Shown one piece after another: positions 48,397-58,027 of a DNA stretch of 64,000 bases. Origin of the DNA: Clostridia bacterium (GTDB lineage Bacteria; Bacillota; Clostridia; Christensenellales; CAG-138); the NCBI GenBank assembly GCA_017395105.1, contig JAFPWD010000004.1, positions 21,143-85,142 of the forward strand. The letters are read 5' to 3'. The notes below the pieces were generated by a model. That model searched no databases. It was not told where the DNA came from and saw only the letters and a program-made list of their open reading frames with translations. Both the position numbers and the translations under genes were made by a program. Each line of letters starts with the position of its first letter. Position 1 is the first letter of the stretch.

Positions 48397-49023
48397 ATGA
48401 AGCTAAACGAGAAGATAATCATGGCGAGGAAGAAAGCGGGAATGTCCCAGCTCGATCTTGCGGATGCGATGGGCGTATCCCGTCAGTCCGTTTCAAAATG
48501 GGAAACGGGCGAAGCAAACCCCGAGATCGGCAAGCTGACGCTGCTTGCAAACACGCTCAATGTTTCCGTGGATTGGCTGCTGTCGGAGTCCGATGAGCCG
48601 ATTTCCGATCCCTCGGTTGAGAGTGAAACCCGCCGTGATGAGCCTTCAAACGCATATCCCGATTGGGTGGATCATTTGCCGAATAGCATTGGCAGGCTGG
48701 TAAAGCGCTTCGGCTGGCTGTACGGGCTTCGTGTAGCCGCAAGCGGATTGGGCTTCCTGCTAATCGGTGCTTTCACAAGATTCTTTACGGTGAATGCTAT
48801 CAAAAAATCCGCAGATATCGGCAGCACAACATTTGATAGCAACTTTTTCACGGGTATTGCACCTGTGTCGAATGGAGCTCAGGACGAGATTGCCAATACT
48901 GCGGCAAATGCGTTTTCGATATTCGCATACGCCGCGCTCGGTATCGGCGCTATCCTGCTCATTGGAGGCATCGTTCTTGCCGTGATGCTCAAACGGTGGG
49001 GCGCTAAAGAAGCTAAGGAATAA
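48397..49023 (+). CDS. XRE-family HTH protein with C-terminal membrane domain
   Basis: RKKAGMSQLDLADAMGVSRQSVSKWETG is an HTH_3 motif. Two or three hydrophobic helices lie in the C-terminal half. Confidence 0.8.
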   Translation: MKLNEKIIMARKKAGMSQLDLADAMGVSRQSVSKWETGEANPEIGKLTLLANTLNVSVDWLLSESDEPISDPSVESETRRDEPSNAYPDWVDHLPNSIGRLVKRFGWLYGLRVAASGLGFLLIGAFTRFFTVNAIKKSADIGSTTFDSNFFTGIAPVSNGAQDEIANTAANAFSIFAYAALGIGAILLIGGIVLAVMLKRWGAKEAKE

Positions 49024-49119
49024 GCACGACATAATAATATATTTATAAAGGGGCGGCATATCACCGCTCTTTTGTGCTATAATTACTGCATTATTATTAA
49101 AAAGAAGGAGGGTCTTTGT

Positions 49120-50109
49120 ATGGAAAAGAAGATCATTCTAAGCGGCATCAAGCCGACGGGTATTCCCACACTTGGCAATTATATAGGGGCTCTCCGCAAC
49201 TGGCGCGAGATGCAGCAGGACGACAAGTATTGCTATTACATGGTTGCGGATCTGCACGCGCTGACCGTTCGAAACGATCCCAAGGAGCTTCGCGAGCAGA
49301 CCCGCTCGATGGCGGCGCTGCTCATCGCCTGCGGTATCGATCCCGAGAGGTCGCCTCTGTTCATCCAGAGCCATGTTCATCAGCACGCGGAGCTGAGCTG
49401 GCTGCTCGGCTGCACCACCTATATGGGCGAGCTGAACCGCATGACGCAGTTCAAGGATAAATCCCAGAAGCATTCCGATAATATCAATGCGGGTCTTTAT
49501 ACCTATCCCGTGCTCATGGCTTCGGATATCCTTATTTACGGCGCGCACATGGTTCCCGTTGGCGACGATCAGAAGCAGCACGTTGAGCTTGCGCGCAATA
49601 TCGCGATCCGCTTCAACAACGCCTTCGGCGAAACCTTCATCGTGCCGGAGCCGGTTATGCCCAAATTCGGCGCAAGGATCATGGGTCTTCAGGATCCCGA
49701 GCATAAGATGAGCAAGACGGACACGAACCCCAACGGCTATATCTCCATGCTGGACGATCCCGCCGTTATAATGAAGAAGTTTAAGAAGGCCGTCACCGAC
49801 TGCGAGCCCACAATCGCTTATGCCGAGGGGCGCTACGGCTGCAACAACCTGCTTACCATCTATTGCGCCTGCATCGGCAAGAATATGGATGAAGCCGTAA
49901 AGGAATTCGAGGGCGCGGGCTACGGCAAGCTCAAGGTCGCGGTCGCAGAGGCCGTTATCGCCGAGATCGAGCCGATTCAGGCCACCTATAAGCGCTATAT
50001 GGACGACGAGGCCGAGCTCGACCGCATCGTGAAGAAAGGCGCCGAGCAGGCAGGGGAGAGGGCGCAGATCACGCTCGATAAGGCGTATCGTGCGGTCGGA
50101 TTAAGATAA
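49120..50109 (+). CDS. trpS: Tryptophan--tRNA ligase
   Basis: GIKPTGIPTLGNYIGA (HIGH-region variant), KMSKTD (KMSKS) and a size of about 329 aa. AAGGAGGG RBS before ATG 49120. Confidence 0.93.
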   Translation: MEKKIILSGIKPTGIPTLGNYIGALRNWREMQQDDKYCYYMVADLHALTVRNDPKELREQTRSMAALLIACGIDPERSPLFIQSHVHQHAELSWLLGCTTYMGELNRMTQFKDKSQKHSDNINAGLYTYPVLMASDILIYGAHMVPVGDDQKQHVELARNIAIRFNNAFGETFIVPEPVMPKFGARIMGLQDPEHKMSKTDTNPNGYISMLDDPAVIMKKFKKAVTDCEPTIAYAEGRYGCNNLLTIYCACIGKNMDEAVKEFEGAGYGKLKVAVAEAVIAEIEPIQATYKRYMDDEAELDRIVKKGAEQAGERAQITLDKAYRAVGLR

Positions 50110-50143
50110 ATCCTTTTACAAACAGAACATCATCTGAATAACC

Positions 50144-50181
50144 AAACGGACTTTGGGGCAAGCCTCAAAGTCCGTTTTCTA
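50144..50181 (+). terminator. Rho-independent terminator after trpS
   Basis: AAACGGACTTTG ... CAAAGTCCGTTT hairpin followed by TCT. Confidence 0.8.
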
Positions 50182-50199
50182 TATAAGCTCTATATAAGC

Positions 50200-50391
50200 T
50201 CACTTCTCGCTCTTAAAAAGACCGATAAATGCGGCGATCAAGCCAATAACTGCGGCGCAAACCGCGATATAGAAGAACCACGGGTTAGCAATATTAATAA
50301 TGCTGTCGCCGCTATCTGCATACTGCTGAAACTTGAAGCAGAGAAACGAAAAGATAAACTGCATCAATGCAAACTTAAAGTGTTTATTCAT
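50200..50391 (-). CDS. Small hypothetical membrane protein (63 aa)
   Basis: GGGAG RBS and two hydrophobic helices. No family recognised. Confidence 0.5.
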   Translation of the reverse strand: MNKHFKFALMQFIFSFLCFKFQQYADSGDSIINIANPWFFYIAVCAAVIGLIAAFIGLFKSEK

Positions 50392-50402
50392 AATACTCCC
50401 TT

Positions 50403-50434
50403 ATAAAAAGGCTGTACGATAAAACCGCACAGCC
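50403..50434 (-). terminator. Rho-independent terminator after serA
   Basis: The minus strand reads GGCTGTGCG-GTTTTAT-CGTACAGCC, followed by TTTTTAT. Confidence 0.7.
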
Positions 50435-50452
50435 CGGTTTAAGTCAAATCAA

Positions 50453-51364
50453 TTACGCAAAGAACTTACCGATGATATCAACGATCTCCGCGCCGATACG
50501 CTTCTGCGCCTCAACGGTGCTTGCGCCGATATGGGGGGTGCAGCTCACCATGGGGTGATTGTAGAGCGCATCGTTCTTGGAGGGCTCCTCCGCCCAAACG
50601 TCCAGACCTGCGGAGCGAACCTTGCCGCTGTTCAGCGCCTCAAGAAGCGCAGCCTCGTCGATGTTTGCGCCGCGGCTGGTGTTGATGATGTTCACGCCGT
50701 CCTTCATTTTGGCGATGGTCTCAGCATTGATGAGGGGCTTGCCGTCGATCGCGGGGGTGTGGATGGAGATGAAGTCGGACTTTGCGAAAAGCTCGTCCAT
50801 CTCAACGTACTTCATGTTCTCGTTCTCGATGCCTTCAACATGGTAGATGTCGAACGCAAGAACCTTCATGCCGAGCGCCTGAGCCATTCTGCCGAGGCTC
50901 TGACCGATGCGGCCGTAGCCGATAACGCCGAGAGTCTTGCCGCCGACCTCGATGCCCTTTGCATAGGCCTTCTTCTCCCACTTGCCTTCGCGCATGGAGT
51001 GACCCGCATGGCTGACGAAACGAGCGCAGGAGAGCATGTGCGCAAGCGCAAGCTCCGCAACCGCATCGCTGGAGGCGCGGGGAGTGTTGCGAACCGCAAT
51101 GCCCTTTTCTTCGGCATACTTGTGGTCGATATTGTCGATGCCAACGCCGCCGCGAATGATGAGCTTGAGCTTGCCGGTCTCAAGAGCTGCATCGATGATG
51201 GGCTCGCGAACCTTGGTGGCGCTGCGAACAACGAGAACGTCGAAATTCTTTACCTGCTCTGCGAGCTCTGCGGGCTCGTAGAACTGCTCAACAACTTCGT
51301 GGCCCTGTGCCTGAAGCGCGGCCACGGCATTTTTTTCCATACCGTCGGATGCAAGAATACGCAT
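50453..51364 (-). CDS. serA: D-3-phosphoglycerate dehydrogenase (short form, D-2-hydroxyacid dehydrogenase family)
   Basis: NAD-binding GVIGYGRIGQ and catalytic ...TPHIGAST. Directly downstream of serC. Confidence 0.85.
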   Translation of the reverse strand: MRILASDGMEKNAVAALQAQGHEVVEQFYEPAELAEQVKNFDVLVVRSATKVREPIIDAALETGKLKLIIRGGVGIDNIDHKYAEEKGIAVRNTPRASSDAVAELALAHMLSCARFVSHAGHSMREGKWEKKAYAKGIEVGGKTLGVIGYGRIGQSLGRMAQALGMKVLAFDIYHVEGIENENMKYVEMDELFAKSDFISIHTPAIDGKPLINAETIAKMKDGVNIINTSRGANIDEAALLEALNSGKVRSAGLDVWAEEPSKNDALYNHPMVSCTPHIGASTVEAQKRIGAEIVDIIGKFFA

Positions 51365-51457
51365 AATAAGTAACTCCTTTAAAAATGTTTTAATTGTTCT
51401 GTTTAACAGTGATAGGAGCGGGATACAGAAGCACCCCGCTCCGCGATAGACTTTTTC

Positions 51458-52552
51458 TTAGCCCTTATAATTTTCCTTCTCGTACTGACGGAGGAAATCA
51501 ACGAGCGCCACAACGCCTTCCTTGGGCATTGCGTTGTAGGTGGAGGCGCGGAGACCGCCAACGCTCTTGTGTCCCTTGAGGTTGTCGAAGCCTGCCTTCT
51601 TGGTGGCTGCAACTACTTCTGCATCGAGCTCTGCGGATTCGGTAACGAAGGGGATGTTCATGAGGGAGCGGAACTCCTTCTCAACGGTGCCCTTGAACAT
51701 TTTGGACTCGTCGAGGAAGTCGTAAAGAACCTTCGCCTTGTCCTCGTTCATCTTAGCCATAGCCTCGAGACCGCCGATCTTCTTGAGGTACTTGAATACC
51801 TGGCCGCAAACGTAGATGCTCCAGCAGTTGGGGGTGTTGTACATGGAGCCGTTGTCAGCATGGGTCTTGTAGCTCATGTAGGTGGGAACGTACTCGGGAA
51901 GATCCTCGCGGATGAGGTCCTCGCGCATAATAACGATTACCATACCAGCGGGGCCGATGTTCTTCTGAACGCCGCCGTAGATCACGCCGTAGTCGGACAC
52001 GTTGCAGGGCTTACTAAGGAACATGGAGCTCTGGTCGGAAACCAAGATCTTGCCCTTGGTGTTCGGCAGCTTCTGGAAGGTGGTGCCGTGGATGGTCTCG
52101 TTTTCGCAGATGTAAACGTAGTCCGCATCCTCGCTGATGGGCAGATCGGAGCAATCGGGAATGTAGCTGAAGTTCTTATCCTTGCTGGTTGCAACGAGAT
52201 TGATCTTGCCGTACTTCTGAGCTTCCTTATAAGCCTTCTGAGACCAGCTGCCGGTAACGATGTAGTCGGCAACGCCGTTCTTCATGAGGTTCATGGGGAG
52301 CATTGCGAACTGGAGGGTAGCGCCGCCCTGGATGAACATTACCTTGTAGTTGTCGGGAATGTTCATAAGATCGCGAAGATCCTGCTCGGCCTCGTCGATG
52401 ATCTGCTGGAAGACCTTGGACCTGTGGCTCATTTCCATTACGCACATGCCGGAGCCTTCGTAGTTGAGAAGGTTGTCGCGGACGCTTTCAAGCACCTCTT
52501 CGGGAAGGATGGAGGGGCCTGCGGAGAAGTTGTAAACTCGACCGTATTTCAT
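51458..52552 (-). CDS. serC: Phosphoserine aminotransferase
   Basis: YNFSAGPSILPEEVL N-terminus, GGVQKNIGPAG (PLP lysine) and ...GGLRASTYNAMP. AAAGGAG RBS before ATG 52552. Confidence 0.93.
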   Translation of the reverse strand: MKYGRVYNFSAGPSILPEEVLESVRDNLLNYEGSGMCVMEMSHRSKVFQQIIDEAEQDLRDLMNIPDNYKVMFIQGGATLQFAMLPMNLMKNGVADYIVTGSWSQKAYKEAQKYGKINLVATSKDKNFSYIPDCSDLPISEDADYVYICENETIHGTTFQKLPNTKGKILVSDQSSMFLSKPCNVSDYGVIYGGVQKNIGPAGMVIVIMREDLIREDLPEYVPTYMSYKTHADNGSMYNTPNCWSIYVCGQVFKYLKKIGGLEAMAKMNEDKAKVLYDFLDESKMFKGTVEKEFRSLMNIPFVTESAELDAEVVAATKKAGFDNLKGHKSVGGLRASTYNAMPKEGVVALVDFLRQYEKENYKG

Positions 52553-52611
52553 TGCAAATACTCCTTTGAATTTGGTTTGTATTTTCTTTGGAAGCATTCT
52601 TCCATACATGG

Positions 52612-52640
52612 ATTATAACGCTAAAAACAATTTGGTTCAA
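52612..52640 (-). promoter_or_regulatory. Sigma-70-type promoter for serC-serA
   Basis: Minus strand reads TTGAAC, 17 nt, TATAAT. Confidence 0.55.
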
Positions 52641-52721
52641 CCTTAAAAACTGTTTTTTGCATATATATTTTTCGGCATACGGTAAACCGGGCGAACAGCA
52701 AAAGGAGGAAGCTTCACGAAA

Positions 52722-52768
52722 GCAAAATGAAACAAGCAGTGCAAGCTCGGCGCACTGCTTGTTTATGA
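52722..52768. terminator. Hairpin terminator after the pilus operon
   Basis: AAACAAGCAGTGC ... GCACTGCTTGTTT is a perfect 13-bp stem, with T/A runs on both sides. Confidence 0.75.
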
Positions 52769-52809
52769 GCTGTAGCTTGGATCGTTTCCATCGCAATTAT
52801 TCCAGAGTA

Positions 52810-53592
52810 TCAAACGGAACGCTTCTTCCTGCCAAGGCAGATCAGCATTATCGCACTCAGAACAGCCGCAGCGCCGACTGCCGCTACGGAAGCGGTGCCC
52901 GTGGGCGGTGACGGGGGAGTTGTGGGCTTGGGCGAAGGACTCTCGGGCGGCATCGGGGTTGGACTGTATTCCGGCGTGGGCGATGGGCTTATGCCGGGAG
53001 TGGGCGAAGGCGTGAGCTCCGGCGGGGGCGTGGGTGCCTCGGTGGGCGCGGGAGTGGGCTGCGGCGTGATCGAGCCGGATTTCGGCGAAGCCACAACGCC
53101 GTATACCCAAGCGGAATTCTCCTCATCCCAGCTTGGGAGCAGAACGAGGAAGGGCAGGCAGGTGTAGATGCTGCCCGAGGATTCAACGGGGTGCCCAACA
53201 ACAAGATAGAGTCCCTCATCAAGCGGCGGACTTCCCGTGCCGGGAAATACGACCCTGCCGCTTGCATCGGTGAAGCCTGTTTCCATAGGCGAAACGCCGT
53301 GCTCCTCGGCAAAATCGCTCATCGCTTGTGCGAGCGCATCCCAACCAACGTGATCCTCAAAGCCTTCGATCGAAAAATCGCTTGCAAAGGCGGGGGAAAG
53401 GGTATAGCCCGCAGATAAATCGAATTCCGCAACGTAATATATATCGAACCTTGCGCCCGAAAGTGCCGTTTCACCGCTGACGAAGCGTATCGTCAGCGAA
53501 ACGGTTTGTTCCGCGGCGATCGAGCGGAAAACGGGGAGTGCGGCAAGAGCAAGCGCCAGCATGAGTATCGGCACAGGCCGCGTTTTTTTCAT
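52810..53592 (-). CDS. Pilin-like cell-wall-anchored protein with Pro-rich stalk and atypical SPPTG sorting signal
   Basis: Signal peptide, one Ig-like domain (SLTIRFVSGETALSGARFDIYY; YLVVGHPVESSG), and a ~60-aa P/T/S/E-rich stalk. The C-terminus is SPPTG, then a hydrophobic helix, then GRKKRSV. Confidence 0.7.
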   Translation of the reverse strand: MKKTRPVPILMLALALAALPVFRSIAAEQTVSLTIRFVSGETALSGARFDIYYVAEFDLSAGYTLSPAFASDFSIEGFEDHVGWDALAQAMSDFAEEHGVSPMETGFTDASGRVVFPGTGSPPLDEGLYLVVGHPVESSGSIYTCLPFLVLLPSWDEENSAWVYGVVASPKSGSITPQPTPAPTEAPTPPPELTPSPTPGISPSPTPEYSPTPMPPESPSPKPTTPPSPPTGTASVAAVGAAAVLSAIMLICLGRKKRSV

Positions 53593-53628
53593 TCAAACTC
53601 CCCCTTTCATTACGTATTTTCAGTAAAT

Positions 53629-54522
53629 TCAGTTTTTCTTAGGCGTTTCATACGCGCCTGCCGAATTGATTTGCTCGGCCCTGTTCTTGCACTTCTTACG
53701 TGCGATAGCTCTTACTAAAACGAGAATGATTATGAGTATCAGCAGGCCGACTGCAACTGCGAGCGCTATGTAGAAAGGCTCGCCGGTCTTTATCTGAGCC
53801 TCCTCGACCTTCGCCTTGACCTCCTTCTCGACAGCTTCGGGGGTCTCGATGCGATGACCGCGAACGAGCAGCCTATGGGAGTTCACTCCGTAGGGAGTGC
53901 AGGTTACAAGGGTGCAGTAGTCCATCCCGGGTACTATGCCAAGCGCATCAGCCTCATGCGGCAGCACCACGAGCACCTGATCCACCTCGTAGGTCAGCAC
54001 AACGCCGAGTGTGCTGAGCGTGAAGATATCGCCTTCATGCACCGCATCAAGATAAGTAAAAAGCTTTGCGCTCGGAAGTCCCGTGTGCCCGGAGATAACG
54101 CAGTGGGTGTTTTCACCGCCAACGGGCAGCGAGCTTGTTTCCACATGCCCGGCATTGGACTGGAGAGTGCCTTCGTCGGTGCCGTGACAGAGAGGAAGAT
54201 GGCAGTTTATGCTCGGTATGTCGATATAGGACATCATACCGTTATTGGTAACGTTCAGAACCTCGTAATAATCGAGTTTTTCGCTTTCGGGTGTTTCGAT
54301 GCCGCGTGTGAGGTTGAAAAGCTGCTCGTTGTAAAGCACGGCCTCATCCCACATTTGCTTGAAGGTTTCGTCATCAAAGCCGTTTATCTTTTCGGCATAA
54401 TCCACGATCGCGCCCGATTGATGAATGCGGTTATAATAATCGCTCAGGGTGGGGTAGAGTATGAGCGAAAGCCCCGCAAGCAGTATCAAGATTGCAAGAA
54501 TTGCAAGCACAAACTTTTTCAT
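53629..54522 (-). CDS. Class C (pilin-polymerising) sortase
   Basis: N-terminal TM, catalytic TLVTCTPYGVNSHRLLVRG (TLxTC), HTGLP and a C-terminal TM. Embedded between pilin genes. Confidence 0.9.
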   Translation of the reverse strand: MKKFVLAILAILILLAGLSLILYPTLSDYYNRIHQSGAIVDYAEKINGFDDETFKQMWDEAVLYNEQLFNLTRGIETPESEKLDYYEVLNVTNNGMMSYIDIPSINCHLPLCHGTDEGTLQSNAGHVETSSLPVGGENTHCVISGHTGLPSAKLFTYLDAVHEGDIFTLSTLGVVLTYEVDQVLVVLPHEADALGIVPGMDYCTLVTCTPYGVNSHRLLVRGHRIETPEAVEKEVKAKVEEAQIKTGEPFYIALAVAVGLLILIIILVLVRAIARKKCKNRAEQINSAGAYETPKKN

Positions 54523-54644
54523 ACATAACCCTCCAAAGCTTTTGCGGGGGAGGGGAGAGCCCTCCCCCACGATGAACAGAGATCACTTGCCGTATCTGAA
54601 GTTATTCAACTCTCGGGATGCGGCTTGGTTCATCAAAGCACCCA

Positions 54645-56153
54645 TCAGGACTTTTTGCGTTCACGAGAGAGCATTACGATAACTACCGCAGCGGCCGCAA
54701 CGAGAACGCCGCCGAGGATGTAGAAGATGTAGGTACCGATACCACCGGTGGAAGGAAGATTGGTGCCGGGGGTATTGGAAACGCGAACGAACTCGGAGAG
54801 AGCCAGGAAGAGCTCGGACTCATTGAGACCGATCGCGGTGGCATCGGAGCCGTCCACAACCACCTCGATGGGTTCGGTTAGCATGGTGTAGCCGGCGGGA
54901 GCCTCGGTTTCAACGAGGGAGTACGTGCCGTCCGCAAGGCCGCCAAACTCGGCAGCGCCCTCTGCATCGGTCACGGCAACGTATGCATCGGCAACGTCAT
55001 CGACCCAGATGACCGCGTTGTTCGTATCCTTGGAATAGTACTTGCCATCCGCGTTCATCAACACGAACTTAGCGCCGGGAACCTTGCTCTCGGGAGAGCC
55101 GGTCTCGAACTTGTCGATGATGACGGTGGAGGTGTAGTGCTTGGTCATGCTGTCCTTATGGTGCTGGGAGTTCTCATCGCCATAGTCAAGACCCGCGTTG
55201 TTCTCGCTGATAACTGCGATCGCGTTCTCGTTTACGGTTGCGGAATAGGTGATGATGATATCCTCGCCCGCAAGGCCTTCCTCGTTCATCTCGATCATGT
55301 CGAGGGAGAGATCGAAGCCGCAGAGACGGTCATCGGAAGGATCATCGGGAGTTGCGGGATCGTTTTCGTCGATGTAGTTGTAGCGGATCTGGTTGCCGGT
55401 AAGCTCGGCAGCGGGGTCGTAGATGGGGTCGAGGGTGATGGTCTGAGCGCCGATCGTAACGACTACGGAATCGGGAACAAGATCAAGACCGCCGGTGAGA
55501 TAATCGTTCACAAGGTAGAAGTAGGAAGTCTGATCGGCATCGAGGGCGGGAACCTTGCCGGTGATCCTGAAGTTCAGAGTGTCGCCAACGTTAACGCCGG
55601 ATTCCTTGCCCCAGTCGCCGTTTTCAAGCTCCACCTCTTTCTCAAAGGGCATGTCGTTCTTATCCTGGATCGCGATCTCAAGATCGAGCACGGTACAAAG
55701 GGAAGCAACCTCGCCGGGATCGGGAACCACAAGATAGTAGCCCGGATCGATCTCGCCGGTGGTCATTTTGCCGTTTGCATCCTCTGCAAGGGCGATCTCG
55801 GCTGCGCTGTCGGGGATATTAGCCATCGCCCAAGCGGCAAAGTCCGCTGCCTTGAAGTACGGAAGCTTGGTAACGGTGCCGTCGTCGGCAATCTGCAGAC
55901 CGGCGAGCTCGCCCGCTTCAAGAGCATCGAGAATGGCGGTTTTCCATGGGTCCTCGGCTGTGTAGGTCAAATCGCCGTTATCGTTTTCAACGGTGAAGAT
56001 CTGATAGGCGGTGTAGGTGGTGCCGTCGGCTGGTTCCATCACGGTGATGGAGCCGGAAGGGGTAGGAGCGGGGGACGCAAGCGCGGGGATCGCAAGAGCG
56101 ACGGTGAGCAGTGCCGCTATGAATACGGCGATGATTCCGGTTGACTTCTTCAT
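54645..56153 (-). CDS. Major pilin (SpaA-type backbone subunit), LPSTG-anchored
   Basis: Signal peptide and E-box YSLVETEAPAGYTM. The C-terminus is NLPSTGGIGTYIFYILGGVLVAAAAVVIVMLSRERKK. A possible pilin-motif Lys lies in TKLPYFK. Confidence 0.85.
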   Translation of the reverse strand: MKKSTGIIAVFIAALLTVALAIPALASPAPTPSGSITVMEPADGTTYTAYQIFTVENDNGDLTYTAEDPWKTAILDALEAGELAGLQIADDGTVTKLPYFKAADFAAWAMANIPDSAAEIALAEDANGKMTTGEIDPGYYLVVPDPGEVASLCTVLDLEIAIQDKNDMPFEKEVELENGDWGKESGVNVGDTLNFRITGKVPALDADQTSYFYLVNDYLTGGLDLVPDSVVVTIGAQTITLDPIYDPAAELTGNQIRYNYIDENDPATPDDPSDDRLCGFDLSLDMIEMNEEGLAGEDIIITYSATVNENAIAVISENNAGLDYGDENSQHHKDSMTKHYTSTVIIDKFETGSPESKVPGAKFVLMNADGKYYSKDTNNAVIWVDDVADAYVAVTDAEGAAEFGGLADGTYSLVETEAPAGYTMLTEPIEVVVDGSDATAIGLNESELFLALSEFVRVSNTPGTNLPSTGGIGTYIFYILGGVLVAAAAVVIVMLSRERKKS

Positions 56154-56233
56154 TGGTTTTTCCTCCTAATACTTTTTATTTTATAGTTATTGGTCCTTGG
56201 GGTGCAGTTGGTCCTTGAGGTACGGTGGAATCA

Positions 56234-57523
56234 TTATTTCGTCCCATAATGCCTCCTTTTTCGATTTTTTATCTGTATGTAAATCGCGAGAGCCGCGCTC
56301 GTGATCAAAAGCGCCGTACCCGTGAGCAGATACATCGTTTCGCCCCATGCGCCGGTATCGGGAAGCCGCCAGTAGGTGTTGGTAAGCTTCACGGTGCCGG
56401 AGGCGTGATCCACGGTGTATGCGGAGTTGTAATACTCCGGCGTTGACTCGTGGACGTAATAAACGTAGTACTTTCCGTTTTGACAGAAGCCGTATTCAAG
56501 GTCGTCCACCACCCTGCGCCATGTGTCGCTAAGGGGGTCGGCGTCCGCCGCGGTCAGAACTATCGACCTGGTGTCAACTATAGAGCCCCTCAGTGAAGCG
56601 GGAACCCATCCGGCGATCACTGCCCGATCGGGAACGGATGCGCCGTATTCAACGGTTTCGATCACCACGCGCAGGCTTTCGGGGCGATGGTGCCGAGCAT
56701 CGTTGTCATCGTTCCAAACCTTCTGAACGGTGATCTCAATGGGCTCATCCTCGCAGGGGTCCTTCTTTTCGGCGGGCATAGGCACGATGCCGATCGGATT
56801 ATCCTTAAGCACCGCATCCGCCATGCCGACGAATTTGGAAGCGGATTTGTACGCCTTGAGCTCACGAACTCCCGATGCGCCGCGCTCCTCTGCACCGGCA
56901 AGATCGGCGAGCATGGAGATAACTCCGAGGTGCTCCACCTCGTAGCGGTTGAAGCTTTCACCCGAAACGGAGCTTGAATCCTCCTGCGCCGCTGCGATCA
57001 TGCCGCCCGAGGAGGTGTATGCAGTCAGCTTGCCGGCCTTGGGCGCGCCGATAATGCTGCCTGAGAGATCCTCAGGAAGCATGATAGCCGCTCCGTTCAG
57101 CGCGATATCGTTTGCAATATAATAATCGGCCGAATCCGTGTAGCGTGCGGGCGTTCCGTCGTCATAATAGACCTGCTCGCCGCTGCTGAAAGCGCCCTCA
57201 TTAAGATCGGCATCCGTAACGGAAAAGCCCGAGCCGATGGCAAGCAGCTGCTTGAGGTTGGATATCCTGATCCTGTTGCCGATCAGAAGCTCGCTCCTCG
57301 CCTTCTTATCGCTCGAAGCGATTATGGAATTGTTTGCATTAGTGGAATCGATGCGTGAAACAAGCTCTCTGTAGGGGGATTCCGGAATAGCCGCATCGAA
57401 TAAGCTGCTGTCGTATAGGGAGTTGTAGCGCTCGGCTGTAACGGCAGTAGCAAGATCGGTTGTGACCGCGCAAAACATCGCAAGTGCGAGGAAAGCGGCC
57501 GTTAATTTCTTGAACGTACTCAT
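56234..57523 (-). CDS. Ancillary/tip pilin candidate with CnaB-type domain, LPDTG-anchored
   Basis: Signal peptide and a CnaB-like segment (ITVQKVWNDDNDARHHRPESLRVVIE). The C-terminus is RLPDTGAWGETMYLLTGTALLITSAALAIYIQIKNRKRR. Confidence 0.75.
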   Translation of the reverse strand: MSTFKKLTAAFLALAMFCAVTTDLATAVTAERYNSLYDSSLFDAAIPESPYRELVSRIDSTNANNSIIASSDKKARSELLIGNRIRISNLKQLLAIGSGFSVTDADLNEGAFSSGEQVYYDDGTPARYTDSADYYIANDIALNGAAIMLPEDLSGSIIGAPKAGKLTAYTSSGGMIAAAQEDSSSVSGESFNRYEVEHLGVISMLADLAGAEERGASGVRELKAYKSASKFVGMADAVLKDNPIGIVPMPAEKKDPCEDEPIEITVQKVWNDDNDARHHRPESLRVVIETVEYGASVPDRAVIAGWVPASLRGSIVDTRSIVLTAADADPLSDTWRRVVDDLEYGFCQNGKYYVYYVHESTPEYYNSAYTVDHASGTVKLTNTYWRLPDTGAWGETMYLLTGTALLITSAALAIYIQIKNRKRRHYGTK

Positions 57524-57589
57524 AACAAGTACCCCGCTTTACCGATATTGCTTACCTCTTGCTGTGAAGCAGCAAGACTTATATATGAA

Positions 57590-57619
57590 ATTATACACCT
57601 GCATTATTCCGAAAGTCAA
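57590..57619 (-). promoter_or_regulatory. Sigma-70-type promoter for the pilus operon
   Basis: Minus strand reads TTGACT, 18 nt, TATAAT. A leader hairpin follows (CTTGCTG-CTTCA-CAGCAAG). Confidence 0.5.
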
Positions 57620-58027
57620 GCATCTAATTAAAAATATTGAAAAGTGTACTATTATATATTATAAATAGGTATCTGTCGAGAATATAAAACAAAAACGATA
57701 ACCGGGACTGATTTATGCTTATTTGCATGCAATTTTATCTGAAAAATTTTTTATATGAGCATTCGATTTTCACAAGGCATACTCATTTTATGATCGGCTA
57801 AATGAGCGGCATCACGCCCTTCTGCGCCGCGTTGTTAGGTGCGGAACAAAGAAATCGCCGTTAAAGCTTTGGGGTTGGAATACATGGCGCATTGCTTTTT
57901 GATCGGATCGTTCTTTGCTTTTGAAATCGAATAAGCTCCTATCGAGGCCAATTCGATAGGGGCTTAATGATATAAAGCTTGATGCAGAAGCGATTTTTTG
58001 ATCGAAACTGCCGTGGTATAAAATGCA

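Noticed and set aside
49024-49119. Possible T-box riboswitch upstream of trpS
   Set aside because: Only about 96 nt separate the preceding gene from the trpS start. That is too short for a T-box leader, and I saw no specifier-loop or T-box consensus.
50531-52618. Plus-strand ORFs 50531..51373 (280 aa) and 51569..52618 (349 aa)
   Set aside because: They are antisense shadows of serA and serC and have a repetitive V/G/A/L-rich composition.
55137-56144. Plus-strand 335-aa ORF inside the pilus locus
   Set aside because: It is antisense to the backbone pilin, which has a signal peptide, an E-box and an LPSTG signal.
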